Part shown: piece by piece, positions 1-11,000 of the stretch
Numbering within the stretch: the stretch's first letter is position 1
Layout of the letters: the number at the start of each line of letters is the position of its first letter
Assembly (NCBI GenBank): GCA_002269645.1
Contig: NIVC01000013.1
Location: 124,001-188,000, forward strand
Reading direction: 5' to 3'
Origin: Macrostomum lignano
Taxonomy: Eukaryota
Length of the DNA stretch: 64,000 bases
Position numbers and translations under genes: made by a program
The notes under the pieces: model-generated
Told to the model about the DNA's origin: nothing
The model's database searches: none
The model's input: the letters and a program-made list of their open reading frames with translations, nothing else

Positions 1-960
1 CTATCTATTGTCCTCATATTCACACTCTCTCGGATAATCTGCATTTGTTAGCCTCCGGGTGCGGAGAGAACACTGGGAGCTGTCCCTCAGCCCCGCACAT
101 CAAGGCGATCAGTCTAATCCCTCAAAGCCACCAGTCGATGCCGCACTCACCAGCCCGAGAAGACACTCGGGGAGTATCCTGTTTCTCATGCATACGAACG
201 TACAGAGATCTGCGTTAGTAATCTACTGAGGCTAAGTCCTACTACCCTAATCTGTGGGCGGATTTCTAAAATGCATAATAATAAAAAACAACGACGACAA
301 AAAGCCTTCAGGGGTGATAGACTAGGCTAACATTATCCACAATCCCTAGTTATTAAAATCCTTAATACTTCATGCCGTCACACATGCAATAAATCTATAC
401 CTTAATGCCTATACTACAAACTAAACATTGAAGGCGCAAAATAGGCATTGGGGTAGAGATAGATACAGGGATAGGCTACATGTAGGCCAAGTAAACATGA
501 GAGTTACTACTGGTGCTGTTACGTAATAACCAGAGAAGCCGTGTGTACAGCATAGCCCCGTGTCAGGGCGTGGCGACATGCCAGATGACGTCCAGCGCCT
601 CTTTTGTTTCCCGCTCTCCTAGTTCCCTCTCTTTTCTCTCGCTTTTTAAAAAAATCCTGCAACACTCTCTGTCTCTTCTAAAAGCACTCAACAAGAAGCT
701 ACGAGATCTATGCGCACAATAGCAGTCAGTATCTCATTAATTGTTGTGCCTGGCATGCACAGACAACAGCAATTACCTTGCTAATCTGTCTGGTTATCGA
801 TTTTTATGTCAGCTACTTTTATGGAGTTCTCTTGCTGTAAAGTGTAAAAAATAAAAAAAAAGATTTTACATGGGAATACTCTGTTAGATTTAATGGGGAT
901 GCGTCAGATTATGAGAATAAGATCAGTAAGAACTGATCTGGAATTTTTCGCGGTAGTTTT

Positions 961-1703
961 CTACATGGGTGTGGGATCATCTAGCTTGGTGTGGGATCAT
1001 CTAGCTTGGTGTGGGATCATCTAGCTTGGTGTGGGATCATCTACATGGGTGTGGGATCATCTAGCTTGGTGTGGGATCATCTAGCTTGGGGTGGGATCAT
1101 CTAGCTTGGTGTGGGATCATCTAGCTTGGTGTGGGATCATCTAGCTTGGTGTGGGATCATCTACATGGGTGTTGGATCATCTAGTTTGGTGTGGGATCAT
1201 CTACATGGGTGTGGGATCATCTAGCTTGGTGTGGGATCATCTAGCTTGGTGTGGGATCATCTACATGGGTGTTGGATCATCTAGTTTGGTGTGGGATCAT
1301 CTACATGGGTGTGGGATCATCTAGTTTGGTGTGGGATCATCTAGCTTGGTGTGGGAGCATCTACATGGGTGTGGGACCATCTACATGGGTGTGGGATCAT
1401 CTAGCTTGGTGTGGGATCATCTAGCTTGGTGTGGGATCATCTACATGGGTGTTGGATCATCTAGTTTGGTGTGGGATCATCTACATGGGTGTGGGATCAT
1501 CTAGTTTGGTGTGGGATCATCTAGCTTGGTGTGAGACCATCTACATGGGTGTGGGACCATCTACATGGGTGTGGGACCATCTACATGGGTGTGGGATCAT
1601 CTATCTTAGTGTGTGATCATCTAGCTTGGTGTGTGATCATCTGCATGGGTGTGGGATCATCTAAATGGGTGTGGGATCATCTAGCTTGGTGTGGGATCAT
1701 CTA
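961..1703. repeat. 20-bp minisatellite (~37 units)
   Basis: Head-to-tail GTGTGGGATCATCTAGCTTG / GTGTGGGATCATCTACATGG variants with no unique spacers. Confidence 0.97.
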
Positions 1704-2280
1704 AGCTATTTTTAAAAAAAATCTTAGTTGAAAAAATCTTGTGCAGCAAAATTCAAGTATTTTCTTAAAAAAATTAGTGCGTTTATTTTATTTGAAACAC
1801 ATTTCCCGCGAATACTCGTAGTATAAGTAAAATACTTTATAAACAGTTTAAAGTCAATTCGCCTTGTGCAAAAGGTTCCGCAAGATGTTATTAATCTTCC
1901 CATAACCTCTTCCCACTTTCGAAGAATTCGCACAGTCAGAATCTGAGGGTCAGTATTGGCGAAAGAACAACAAGGCAACTGAAAGAGAGGCCAAGCAAGC
2001 CAGCGGCAGGGAGACGGTGTGGCATAGAGGGGCTCCTTCCTTGTCACAAGTTGGAACCAGCTGTGGGCGGCCAAGGTATGGACCAAAGACTCCTAGCTAG
2101 AAGCAGGAGCTGGAGTAACAACTCTTACTGTAACCGCCCTAAATCCAGATAATTTTTGGGAAATTTTAGACAATTCTGTGAATTTAAATTAGACAAGGCC
2201 ACAGTCTTAAAGGGGGTCCTCTTGGTTGGGCGCCCGTCTCTTGGGTGGGTCTCCTAGGCCGGTGGAGACGGAAATAGAGA

Positions 2281-2940
2281 GGGAGACGGAGACGTAGACC
2301 CAGAGGGAGAGGGAGAGGGAGAGGGAGACGAAGACGCAGAGGAAGACGGAGACGCAGAGGGAGAGGGAGACGCGGAGAGAGGGAGACGCAGAGGGAGAGG
2401 GAGACGCAGAGGGAGAGGAAGACGGAGACGCAGAGGGAGAGGAAGACGGAGACGCAGAGGGAGAGGAAGACGGAGACGCAGAGGGAGAGGGAGACGCAGA
2501 GGGAGAGGAAGACGGAGACGCAGAGGGAGAGGAAGACGGAGACGCAGAGGGAGAGGAAGACGGAGACGCAGAGGGAGAGGAAGACGGAGACGCAGAGGGA
2601 GAGGAAGACGGAGACGCAGAGGGAGAGGAAGACGGAGACGCAGAGGGAGAGGAAGACGGAGACGCAGAGGGAGAGGAAGACGGAGACGCAGAGGGAGAGG
2701 AAGACGGAGACGCAGAGGGAGAGGAAGACGGAGACGCAGAGGGAGAGGAAGACGGAGACGCAGAGGGAGAGGAAGACGGAGACGCAGAGGGAGAGGAAGA
2801 CGGAGACGCAGAGGGAGAGGAAGACGGAGACGCAGAGGGAGAGGGAGATGGAGACGGAGATAGAGACGCAGAGGGAGAGGAAGAGGAAGACGGAGAGGGA
2901 GAGGTGGACGGAGACGCAGAGGGAGAGGTGGAGAGGGACA
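2281..2940. repeat. 24-bp purine-rich minisatellite
   Basis: Unit GACGGAGACGCAGAGGGAGAGGAA repeated about 20 times with degenerate flanks. Confidence 0.95.
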
Positions 2941-3594
2941 GAAGGGTCGATAGAAGCTGCTGGAGAGTGAGAGGGCGAATCGGAGCGACAGAAGCAGGCT
3001 AGGAAGCAGACTCTGAGCCAGCCCCATCCGCAATCCAATGGGAGAGGAGAAAAGCCAGGCTTATAAGCAATTCAGACAACTCGTCAAGGCCCCGAAGCCG
3101 GCTTCAAATTGAGACTTTGGCAGATCGCATCAGCCGCATCAATGCTGTCATATCTGTGCCACCGCAAGCATCTGCACAAGTTGTTGGGCCCTTACTTAAT
3201 TCGGCTCACACGCAGTTCTAATGCATTCACACACTTATGAGATGGGATGTGTCGGCATTAAATATTACTTTATAGTCTAGAATATAGTCCCCGAACTTCT
3301 CATTGGTGTCAACATTTAGTCGAATGTTGGCAATTATTACTGGAATATAAATAAATTTGTTATTATTTTTCTCAATTTCTGCTATAATAAGTTTCTGTTC
3401 AGTTTTTGCAATACGTAATGTTTTTCTACTTTAAGTAGCATCGCATGCATTTTTGAACAAACATTAAAGTATAGTAGATATCACCAGATGCTAAAAATAT
3501 TTACGATTAAAGCTAATTTCTCAAAGTCTCTACCAATATAATCGATGCCTAAAAAACAAATTCCCTAAACACCGAGATCTTCGAATTTCGGAGC

Positions 3595-4350
3595 CTAAAA
3601 CCCAGATCCCTTCTATTTAAAAGATCCCAGATCCCATATCCCCAACCATCTAAAATCCCATGTCCCTACTATCTAAAAGATCCCAGATCCTATATTCCTA
3701 CTATCTAAAATCCCAGATCCCTTCTATCTAAAAGATCCCAGATCCCATATCCCTAACCATCTTAACCATCTAAAATCCCAGATCCCCACTATCTAAAAGA
3801 TCCCAGATCCCATATCCCCACCATCTAAAATCCCAGATCCCTACTATCTAAAATCCCAGATCCCATATCCCTTTTTTATTAGAGGCAGGGGGGTTGTGTG
3901 CACCCTGGCGCACTTTAAGCGACATAGGCACACAACCGGCGAGAGGCATTGCTGCCCATTCCGCCGACTCCCCTGAGCAGGCATACAAGCGCGCGGATAC
4001 GTACACAGGCACACACTCACACAGGAGTGTACAGCGGCCCTAACTTTATATTATCGTTAGGCATGTACACTTCACTGCGCCTTGGGGGGTTGGCTCTCAA
4101 GGCCGCTAATTGCACGAGCAGAGCCAAGCCGAGATTCCAATTCAGCCCCAAATTAATGTGACTGCACTTGGAATCGAGCCTGGGTCGCTGGCACACCAGA
4201 GCAGCTGCGCTACCGCTGGGCTACGGCCCCCTCCCATATCCCTACTATCTAAAATCCCAGATCCTAGATCCCTACTATCTACAATAAAATCCCAGATCCC
4301 TACAGTCTAAAATCCCATGCATAGCAATCCCAAAATATCCCATATCCCAA
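3595..4350. repeat. ATCCC-rich composite minisatellite, interrupted by a SINE
   Basis: Repeated CTATCTAAAATCCCAGATCCC/CATATCCC blocks on both sides of 3872-4231. Confidence 0.9.
3872..4231 (-). mobile_element. tRNA-derived SINE (~360 bp) with 11-bp TSD
   Basis: Minus strand starts GGGGGCCGTAGCCCAGCGG (A-box), has GGCTCGATTCC (B-box-like) and ends AATAAAAAA. Direct repeat TCCCATATCCC at 3861-3871 and 4232-4242. Confidence 0.88.
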
Positions 4351-4366
4351 ACACCTCAAAACACAG

Positions 4367-4782
4367 GTCGAAGCCGGACAAGCTGACCCCAGCCATGCTG
4401 GAGGATCCCAGCGCCGGTTTCCGTCTGACAGTCGCGGCGGTCACGGAGCCTCAGCGCCGCGGTCCGGTCTGCCCCCCGGCCGCCAAGCTGGAGCAGTCAG
4501 GCTCAGTTCGAAACTCGAAGTCGTCTGCTAGTGATCAGGAATCGATACTCAGACTGTGCCGATTTCTACCAGCAAAACCGATGAACATCGGAAGTGGCAA
4601 CGGCGGCGACGAGGCGTCCTCGTCGAAGAGTCACCGTCAGCGTCGACAAATCGACGCGGCGACTCCATCTTTGATGGTCAGCTGGTGCCTGCCAAAGGAG
4701 GCTCTGTGCGACGGCGTGGTGCACTGCCCTAACGGGGCCGACGAGAGATCAGAGCTCTGCCTGCTACTGGGGCAGAGAGACG
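4367..4782 (+). CDS. Internal exon of a single-pass membrane protein with an LDL-receptor class A motif
   Basis: AG acceptor 4365-66, GT donor 4783-84 (phase 1). Encodes WCLPKEALCDGVVHCPNGADE..C (LDLa C-D-G-x3-C-x-x-G-x-D-E pattern). The upstream SAGFRLTV resembles the end of a CUB domain (weak). Confidence 0.8.
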
Positions 4783-4819
4783 GTCAGGATGGGGATTAAG
4801 GATGGAGATTATCTGTATT

Positions 4820-5420
4820 AGGGATTTGAATTTGAGGATTTGGAATTTGAGGATTTGGAATATGAGGATTTGAGGAATCGAAATTTGAGATTTAAGGATT
4901 CGGAAATTGGGGATTTGAGGATTCGGAATTGGGGATTTGAAGATTCGGAATTGGGGATTTGAGGATTTGGAATTGGGGATTTGAGGATTCGGAAACTGGG
5001 GATTTGAGGATTTGGAAGTTGGGGATTTGAGGATTCGTAAATTGGGGATTTGAGGATTCGGAAATAGGGGATTTGAGGATTCGGAAATTGGGGATTTGAG
5101 GATTCGGAAATTGGGGATTTGAGGATTCGGATTTGGGGATTTGAGGATTCGGAATTGGGGATTTGAGGATTTGGAATTGGGGATTTGAAGATTCGGAATT
5201 GGGGATTTGAGGATTAGGAATTGGGGATTTGAGGATTCAGATTTGGGGATTTGAGGATTCGGATTTGGGGATTTGAGGATTCGGAATTTGAGGCTTTCGA
5301 ATATGAGAATTTAGACTTTTAGAATAGGGGATTTAAGGATTTCGGATTGTTGAGATTTGAGGTTTTGGAACTTAAGGATTCGGGATTTAAGGATTTAAGG
5401 ATTTGAAGATTCGGAATTTG
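4820..5420. repeat. ~22-bp intronic minisatellite
   Basis: GGGGATTTGAGGATTCGGAATT units fill the intron 4783-5533. Confidence 0.95.
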
Positions 5421-5533
5421 AGAAACTTGGGATGATATGAGGAAATACAATCTCAGAATATGACACATTGACGCATATCGCATAAAATAAGGATTAAATT
5501 GCTTCCAAACCAACTTCCTTGCCTGTCCTGCAG

Positions 5534-6348
5534 GCACCAGCATGCCAGGCCAATACGATCCCAGCATCGGGGACTCCGCGGGCGTCGGGCAGGGCAGCGG
5601 CCTGGTGTCCCGCCTGCTCGCCAGCTTCGGCCTGGCGGCCTCCGTTGCCATCGGCGTGGCGGCGGTAGCACTGGGGATGGCCTGCCTGCTTGGGCTCGCC
5701 TGCTGCTGCTACCGCTGCCTCACCGGCCAGTTCGCGGCGGCCTGCCGATGTCGCTCGTCCAGCACCTCGTCATCGACTCCGACGTCGATCTACCGACATC
5801 AGCAGCATCAGCAGCAGCAGCAACAGGAGCATCAGGAACTAGTTACAAATCTTCTGCTTTTGCACAGTCCAGCAACCATTCGTCGACCGTATCAGCAGAG
5901 CACTGGCAATGGTTCCTCACTGTCTTCGAGTGTCTGCTTTCAACAGCAGCAGCAGCAGCAGCAATCGCCGAAGCAGCAACAGCAACAGCCGTTGGCTTAC
6001 TACCAGCATCAGCTGCTGATGCAGCAGCATCCGCACCCAGCCAGCCACACTGGCGGTTTCAACTCGCCTCACGGAGTCGCCTGCCTGACGCCGAGCAGCT
6101 CAAGGAGCGCCAAAAGTGCGCGCAGCTGTCAGCATCCAATCGCTACTCAGCTGCATCATCAAGTCTACCAGCATCATCAGAACTATTATCAGCAGCTGCT
6201 ACAGCATCAGCAGCATCAACAGTCCAGTCCGATGCGATTCTATTCAACAAGTTTGCAGGCCACTCAGATGACTTTGCCGCCGCAGCAGGAGCAGCAATCG
6301 CCGAGCATTGCTGGCCGGGAGAAAATTGTTTACCCTGTTCAGCTTTGA
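5534..6348 (+). CDS. Terminal exon: TM helix, Cys cluster, polyQ/His cytoplasmic tail
   Basis: Pyrimidine tract plus CAG acceptor 5531-33, phase compatible with the upstream exon (G+GC=Gly). Hydrophobic FGLAASVAIGVAAVALGMACLLGLA then CCCYRC; ends YPVQL-TGA. Confidence 0.85.
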
Positions 6349-6580
6349 ATAGAAAATCCATTAAGTTTACTGCACCAACTGTCACCCCAGTAGATTCTAA
6401 AATTAGAAGGCAATCCCATGTAGGGCGTACAGAAGCATGTACACTCTCTATGCGCCAGCTTTTGTGGGCGCGAATCTCGCAACAAGACCCCTGTTTTACG
6501 TGTCCGCGGCACTATTGATGCAATTATTGCACACTTCTCTAATGTGTACTGTTAGTGTACATGATATTGTGTTGCAATTA

Positions 6581-6586
6581 AATAAA
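6581..6586 (+). terminator. Polyadenylation signal AATAAA
   Basis: AATAAA about 230 nt after the stop codon, overlapping ATTAAA at 6577. Confidence 0.55.
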
Positions 6587-6834
6587 TAGCTATATGTATG
6601 CCGCTAAACACATTACTGAACTGCACAACGCCTCATGGACTTAGGAATGCACAACTATAAATGACACTCATTTGCAATTTTTAATATCGATTTCAAATAT
6701 AGTTTGAAATATTAACAAAATTTTTACTCACTAAATCACTTTATGGAAATCAATTTTTTTTGCTGTTGAAGCTTCAAGTGTAAATCAACATAGTTTTGCT
6801 AGTGTACTTCTTTGAAAAGATTTTTTCAAAGACG

Positions 6835-7485
6835 CATGTGGGAATGGGATTCAGAGAATGGGATTCTGGGAATGGGAATTTGGGAATAGGATTATGGGAA
6901 TGGGATTTGGGGAACGGGATTTGCGGAATGGGATTTGCGGGATTAGATTTGGGGAATGGGATTTGGGGAATGGGATTTGGCCATGGGAATTTGGGGAATG
7001 GGATTCTGGGAATAGAATTTGGGGAATGGGACTTGGGGAATAGGATTTGGGCATGGGAATTGGGGAATGGGATTTAGGAAGTTGGAGCGGGTCACGTGAT
7101 ATTGAAGTTGGAGTGGGTCACGTGATATGGAAAAGGGAATTGGGGAATGGGATTCTGGGAATGGGATTCTGGCAATATAATTTGGGGTATGGAATTTGGG
7201 GCATGGGATTTGGGTAAAGGGATTTGGGGAATGGGAATCTGGGAATGGGATTCTGGCAATATAATTTGGGGTATGGGATTGAGGAATGGGATTCTGGGAA
7301 TGGGATTCTGGGAATGGGATTTTTGGAATGGGATTCTGGCAATAGAATTTGGGGTATTGGAATTGGGGAATGGGATTCAGGAAATGGGATTATGTGAATG
7401 GTATTCTGTGAATGGGATTTAGGGAATAGGATTTAGGGAATGGGATTCTGTGAATGGGATTCTGGGAATGAAATTTGGGGATTTG
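6835..7485. repeat. GGGAAT/GGGATT G-rich minisatellite
   Basis: Repeated GGGAATGGGATT(T/C)(G/T) blocks. Confidence 0.95.
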
Positions 7486-8077
7486 GTTAATGGGTTGATG
7501 GAGTAAAATTCGGTTAGCCAGATTGACAGGATGCGATGTTAGAGAACAAAAGATACAATTTTGAGTGTCAGTTTTGATAGTGCTATAGCTACAGGGACTA
7601 AAGCAAGTCGCATTCAAGTTGCATCCGCATTTTATTCTTCGAGCAAAGCAGGAATTAGGTGCTAAACGTAAAGCAGTTGAATCCAACGCTGACGCCCCCC
7701 CTCCCTCGCTTCTCAGGGAGAGAGCAAGGCATTTATGCGCCTAACAAATTTAGCAATAGAAGAAAAAATGATAAGCAATTTTCTTTTGTGCCTATTGTGT
7801 AAACAAGTCTGCAGTCTCACACAGAAGCTGTACAGGGCTATGCATACAGTACAGGTCTGTTTTTCTTTTTTTCATCTACAAGGACCAGGATGAAGCGTGC
7901 AAGCCGATAAGTGTTTTTCGTCAACATCCCCGATTCTGAAAAATACACTATGAAGAAGAACCTCGTTTGACGTCGACAACTTGTGTATAAATATAACTTG
8001 CGCATGAGCTAAAACTACGAGCTTTAAACCAACCTGTTTTAAAAGCTTCGGCTCAATACCATAGACACAGTACAGGA

Positions 8078-11000
8078 ATGAGAACTTTTCAAGCGAGCAA
8101 TCGACTGCTTCTGGGCCTCATTGCTATGCTGACTATGTTCGAGGACCTTGGTGAGTTTCATTCCCCGCCTGTCTTGGTGGCTTAGTGTGATAGTGTCTTA
8201 GAGGATTAGTATTTTTAAGTGTCCCCATTAGTGTCTTAGCGTACGCGCATTAGTGCTCGTTTTAGTATCTGTATTATTGTTTGAGTATCCGTGTTAGTGT
8301 CTTAGTGTCTTCAATAGTTCATTTGTGTCCGAAATAGCGTCCGAATTAGAGTCCGTATCACTCTTTCAGTTTTTTTACGCCAGCATTAGTGCATTAGTGT
8401 CCAAATTAGTGCACTAGCATCCGATTTAGAGCATTAGTGTCTTAGTTTCTGCATTATTGTACGAATTAGTGCATTAGTGAATTTTTGTTCGCATTAGTGC
8501 CTGAGTGTCCGCATTAGTGTCTTAGTGTCCGAATTAGTGCAATAATGTCCTCATTAGCGTATTAGTGTCCTCATTAGCGTATTAGTGTCCTCATTAGCGT
8601 ATTAGTGTCCTCATTAGCGTATGTGTCCTCATTAGTGTCCTCATTAGTGTATTAGTGTCCTCACTGTCAATCATTTCAGTGTGTGGCTGGCAGTCGCCAA
8701 AAGTCTCTGACAGGTCCACAACCGACACGAGGATCTACGGATTTCAGTTTAGAGAAAATCATCAAGAAGTGGCGCTTTTCTTCACCGGCAGGAGCCACTA
8801 CAAGCGACTGGGCGTGGTTGAGGGCGTCGTGTTTCTAACGCCACACTACATTGCTCACAGGCCTCAGAACAGCTTCTACATGCTGAAGAACAGCGTGAGT
8901 CAAATTCCTAATACTCGTAGAGTAGTTCGGAGCCCTAGCCTCTTTAACCCCAACCTAAAATCCATGCGACTCCAACCTAAAATCCGTTTAACTCAAACCT
9001 AAAATCCGTTTAACTCCAACCTAGAATCCGTGCAACCCCAACCTAAAATCTGTGCAACCCCAACCTAGAATCCGTGCAACCCCACCTAAAATCCGTGCAA
9101 CCCCAACCTAAATCCGTGCAACCCCAACCTAAAATCCGTGCAACCCCAACCTAGAATCCGTGCAACCCCAACCTAAAACTCTTGTCGCACGAACCTGGAA
9201 AACTTTTTAAGACCGTAAAATGCAGAGCGCTCGTGTTTGTGTCTCTTTTAGAAGCTAAACTGCATTGGCGGCACTGAGTACTGCTACATCATTGAGACTT
9301 TGCCACGGAACTGGAAAAAATGCACTTTAGTATCAGCTACTGTGAGTAGTTGAATCTTGTTGTATGTTATCTTACCAAAATGTTTTTCTTTCAACTGAAC
9401 TACCGGTATTAATGAGTGATCTCAATTAAAAAAAAATTAGTCACTCTATCCATGTAAAAATCTGCCATCGGTCGGTTAAAATTATGTTAAAATTGATTTG
9501 AGCAATCTTGGAGCCGCGGAGCTGCTGGTGGCAACTTTTAGCGACTCGTAGAAACTTTTTCAAGGACTTGTTGATACGCTCCGTGATGCCGTTTGCCCCA
9601 GGATGGTATGGCGTGATTTGACGGTGGCTAGTCCCGTGATTCTGGATAAAAACTGGCAAACACTTCCGAAGAGAGTGGTGGGCCGCTGTCCGTCACTTTT
9701 CGGTGGTTGACTTTATTGCAATGACGATCGGATAGCGCAAATGATTGGTCGACAATCACCAAAAGTCGTCATCTGTTGATGGGGTCAAGAAAGTCGATTC
9801 CTATGATGGACCACAGTGACTCAGGCAGGTCGGTTGGTTGTAGGGTGCTGCTGGGACTTTCAGATGATGATTTGCGGCGGCGCACTCTAGGCACTTCGGC
9901 ACGATTCTTTTAGTCTCAGCCGAAATTCCTGGCCACCAGAATTTTGAGTTGAATTTGAATTGCAGCAAAGTTATTGTCTCGCCTTGATGACCTTTGGTAC
10001 GCTAACTGAAGAACAGTCGACTGCAGAGCTTCATGGATCACAAGTTGCTGGTCTCATAGAAAAACTCCTGATGCCTCCGTCAGCTCCTATCGAACCGCAT
10101 GCATTCGCCGAATGTTTCCGTTCGCAGATACCAACTACCGGTGCGCAATGAGGACATTGCCAATGAAAGGATGGCATCTCACGCCGTCGCTTCCTTGACT
10201 TGCAGCAGAAACAGTACTCTTGGTGTCGCTGCTTGTCTGGTGTAGATGCTGCCGATGTAGTTGGTGTCCAGCATCTCGCCGAGCTGCAAATCCCGGATAC
10301 TGCGTGCCATGCGTTCGATGCGAGGGGGTAGACGCGAGCCAGGCTTAAACATGAAGGTCAGCGGCTTATGATCGGTCCCGATTGTTAACTTTTTGCACCG
10401 TTGAGGTAGTGCTGAAACTTCAGACATCCGTACTTGATTGCTAGTGCCTCTCGCTCTGTCTGTGAGTGTCTGGACTTGACCGCAGAAAAAGCTCTACTCG
10501 CCTTTGAGAATACCAGAGTGGTGTTGCATGCACGCCAGTCCCGGATAGTTTGAAAGGCCTTGGCTTGCTGCGATCGATACACTGCCAGCTTGAGCATCTT
10601 TTCGTCAGGTCCTGCAGTGGCTTTGTCATGTCTGCGAGGCCCGGAATGAAACAACTGACGAACGTGATCAGGCCAAGAAAACAGCGAACCTCTGCAGCGT
10701 TTGTCGGCTCGTTTGTTTTTTGTGTTTGTCGACTTGACTCGGCAGGCTGGATCTCAAGAATTCGTCACATAAACGGCAGCAGCTGGCAGTTGTATTTACT
10801 AGCGTGTATCACAAACAACCAAAAAACGAAGTATTAATTTCAAAATCATTGACAGATTCGCGGCAGGCATTTCCGAAACGGGTCAACTTGCAGTCCTGAA
10901 GACTGTCCGAATATGAGCACAAGCGAAAATTGCCCCATCATTGGTGAGCCTTTTTGACTATTTTACTATAGCTTTTTGCAGCCACGCATTGAATTTAATC

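Noticed and set aside
1-300. Possible 3' end of a retroelement ending in an A-rich tail
   Set aside because: No coding motif or TSD is visible within the window.
1936-2075. Candidate upstream exon of the LDLa gene (donor AAG/GTATGG, phase 2 compatible)
   Set aside because: The acceptor is ambiguous and the peptide shows no recognisable domain; not supportable without transcripts.
2184-3038. Long ORFs (LSLCVSVF / LPLRLR repeats; plus-strand DGDAEGEE)
   Set aside because: The 24-bp unit has no stop codon in these frames, so openness is trivial; the plus-strand acidic frame also shifts near 2378.
6796-7422. ORFs rich in G/W/E or P/I/S
   Set aside because: Translations of the GGGAAT minisatellite; the same applies to ORFs at 1431, 19364-19728, 56516-57339 and 61406-62235.
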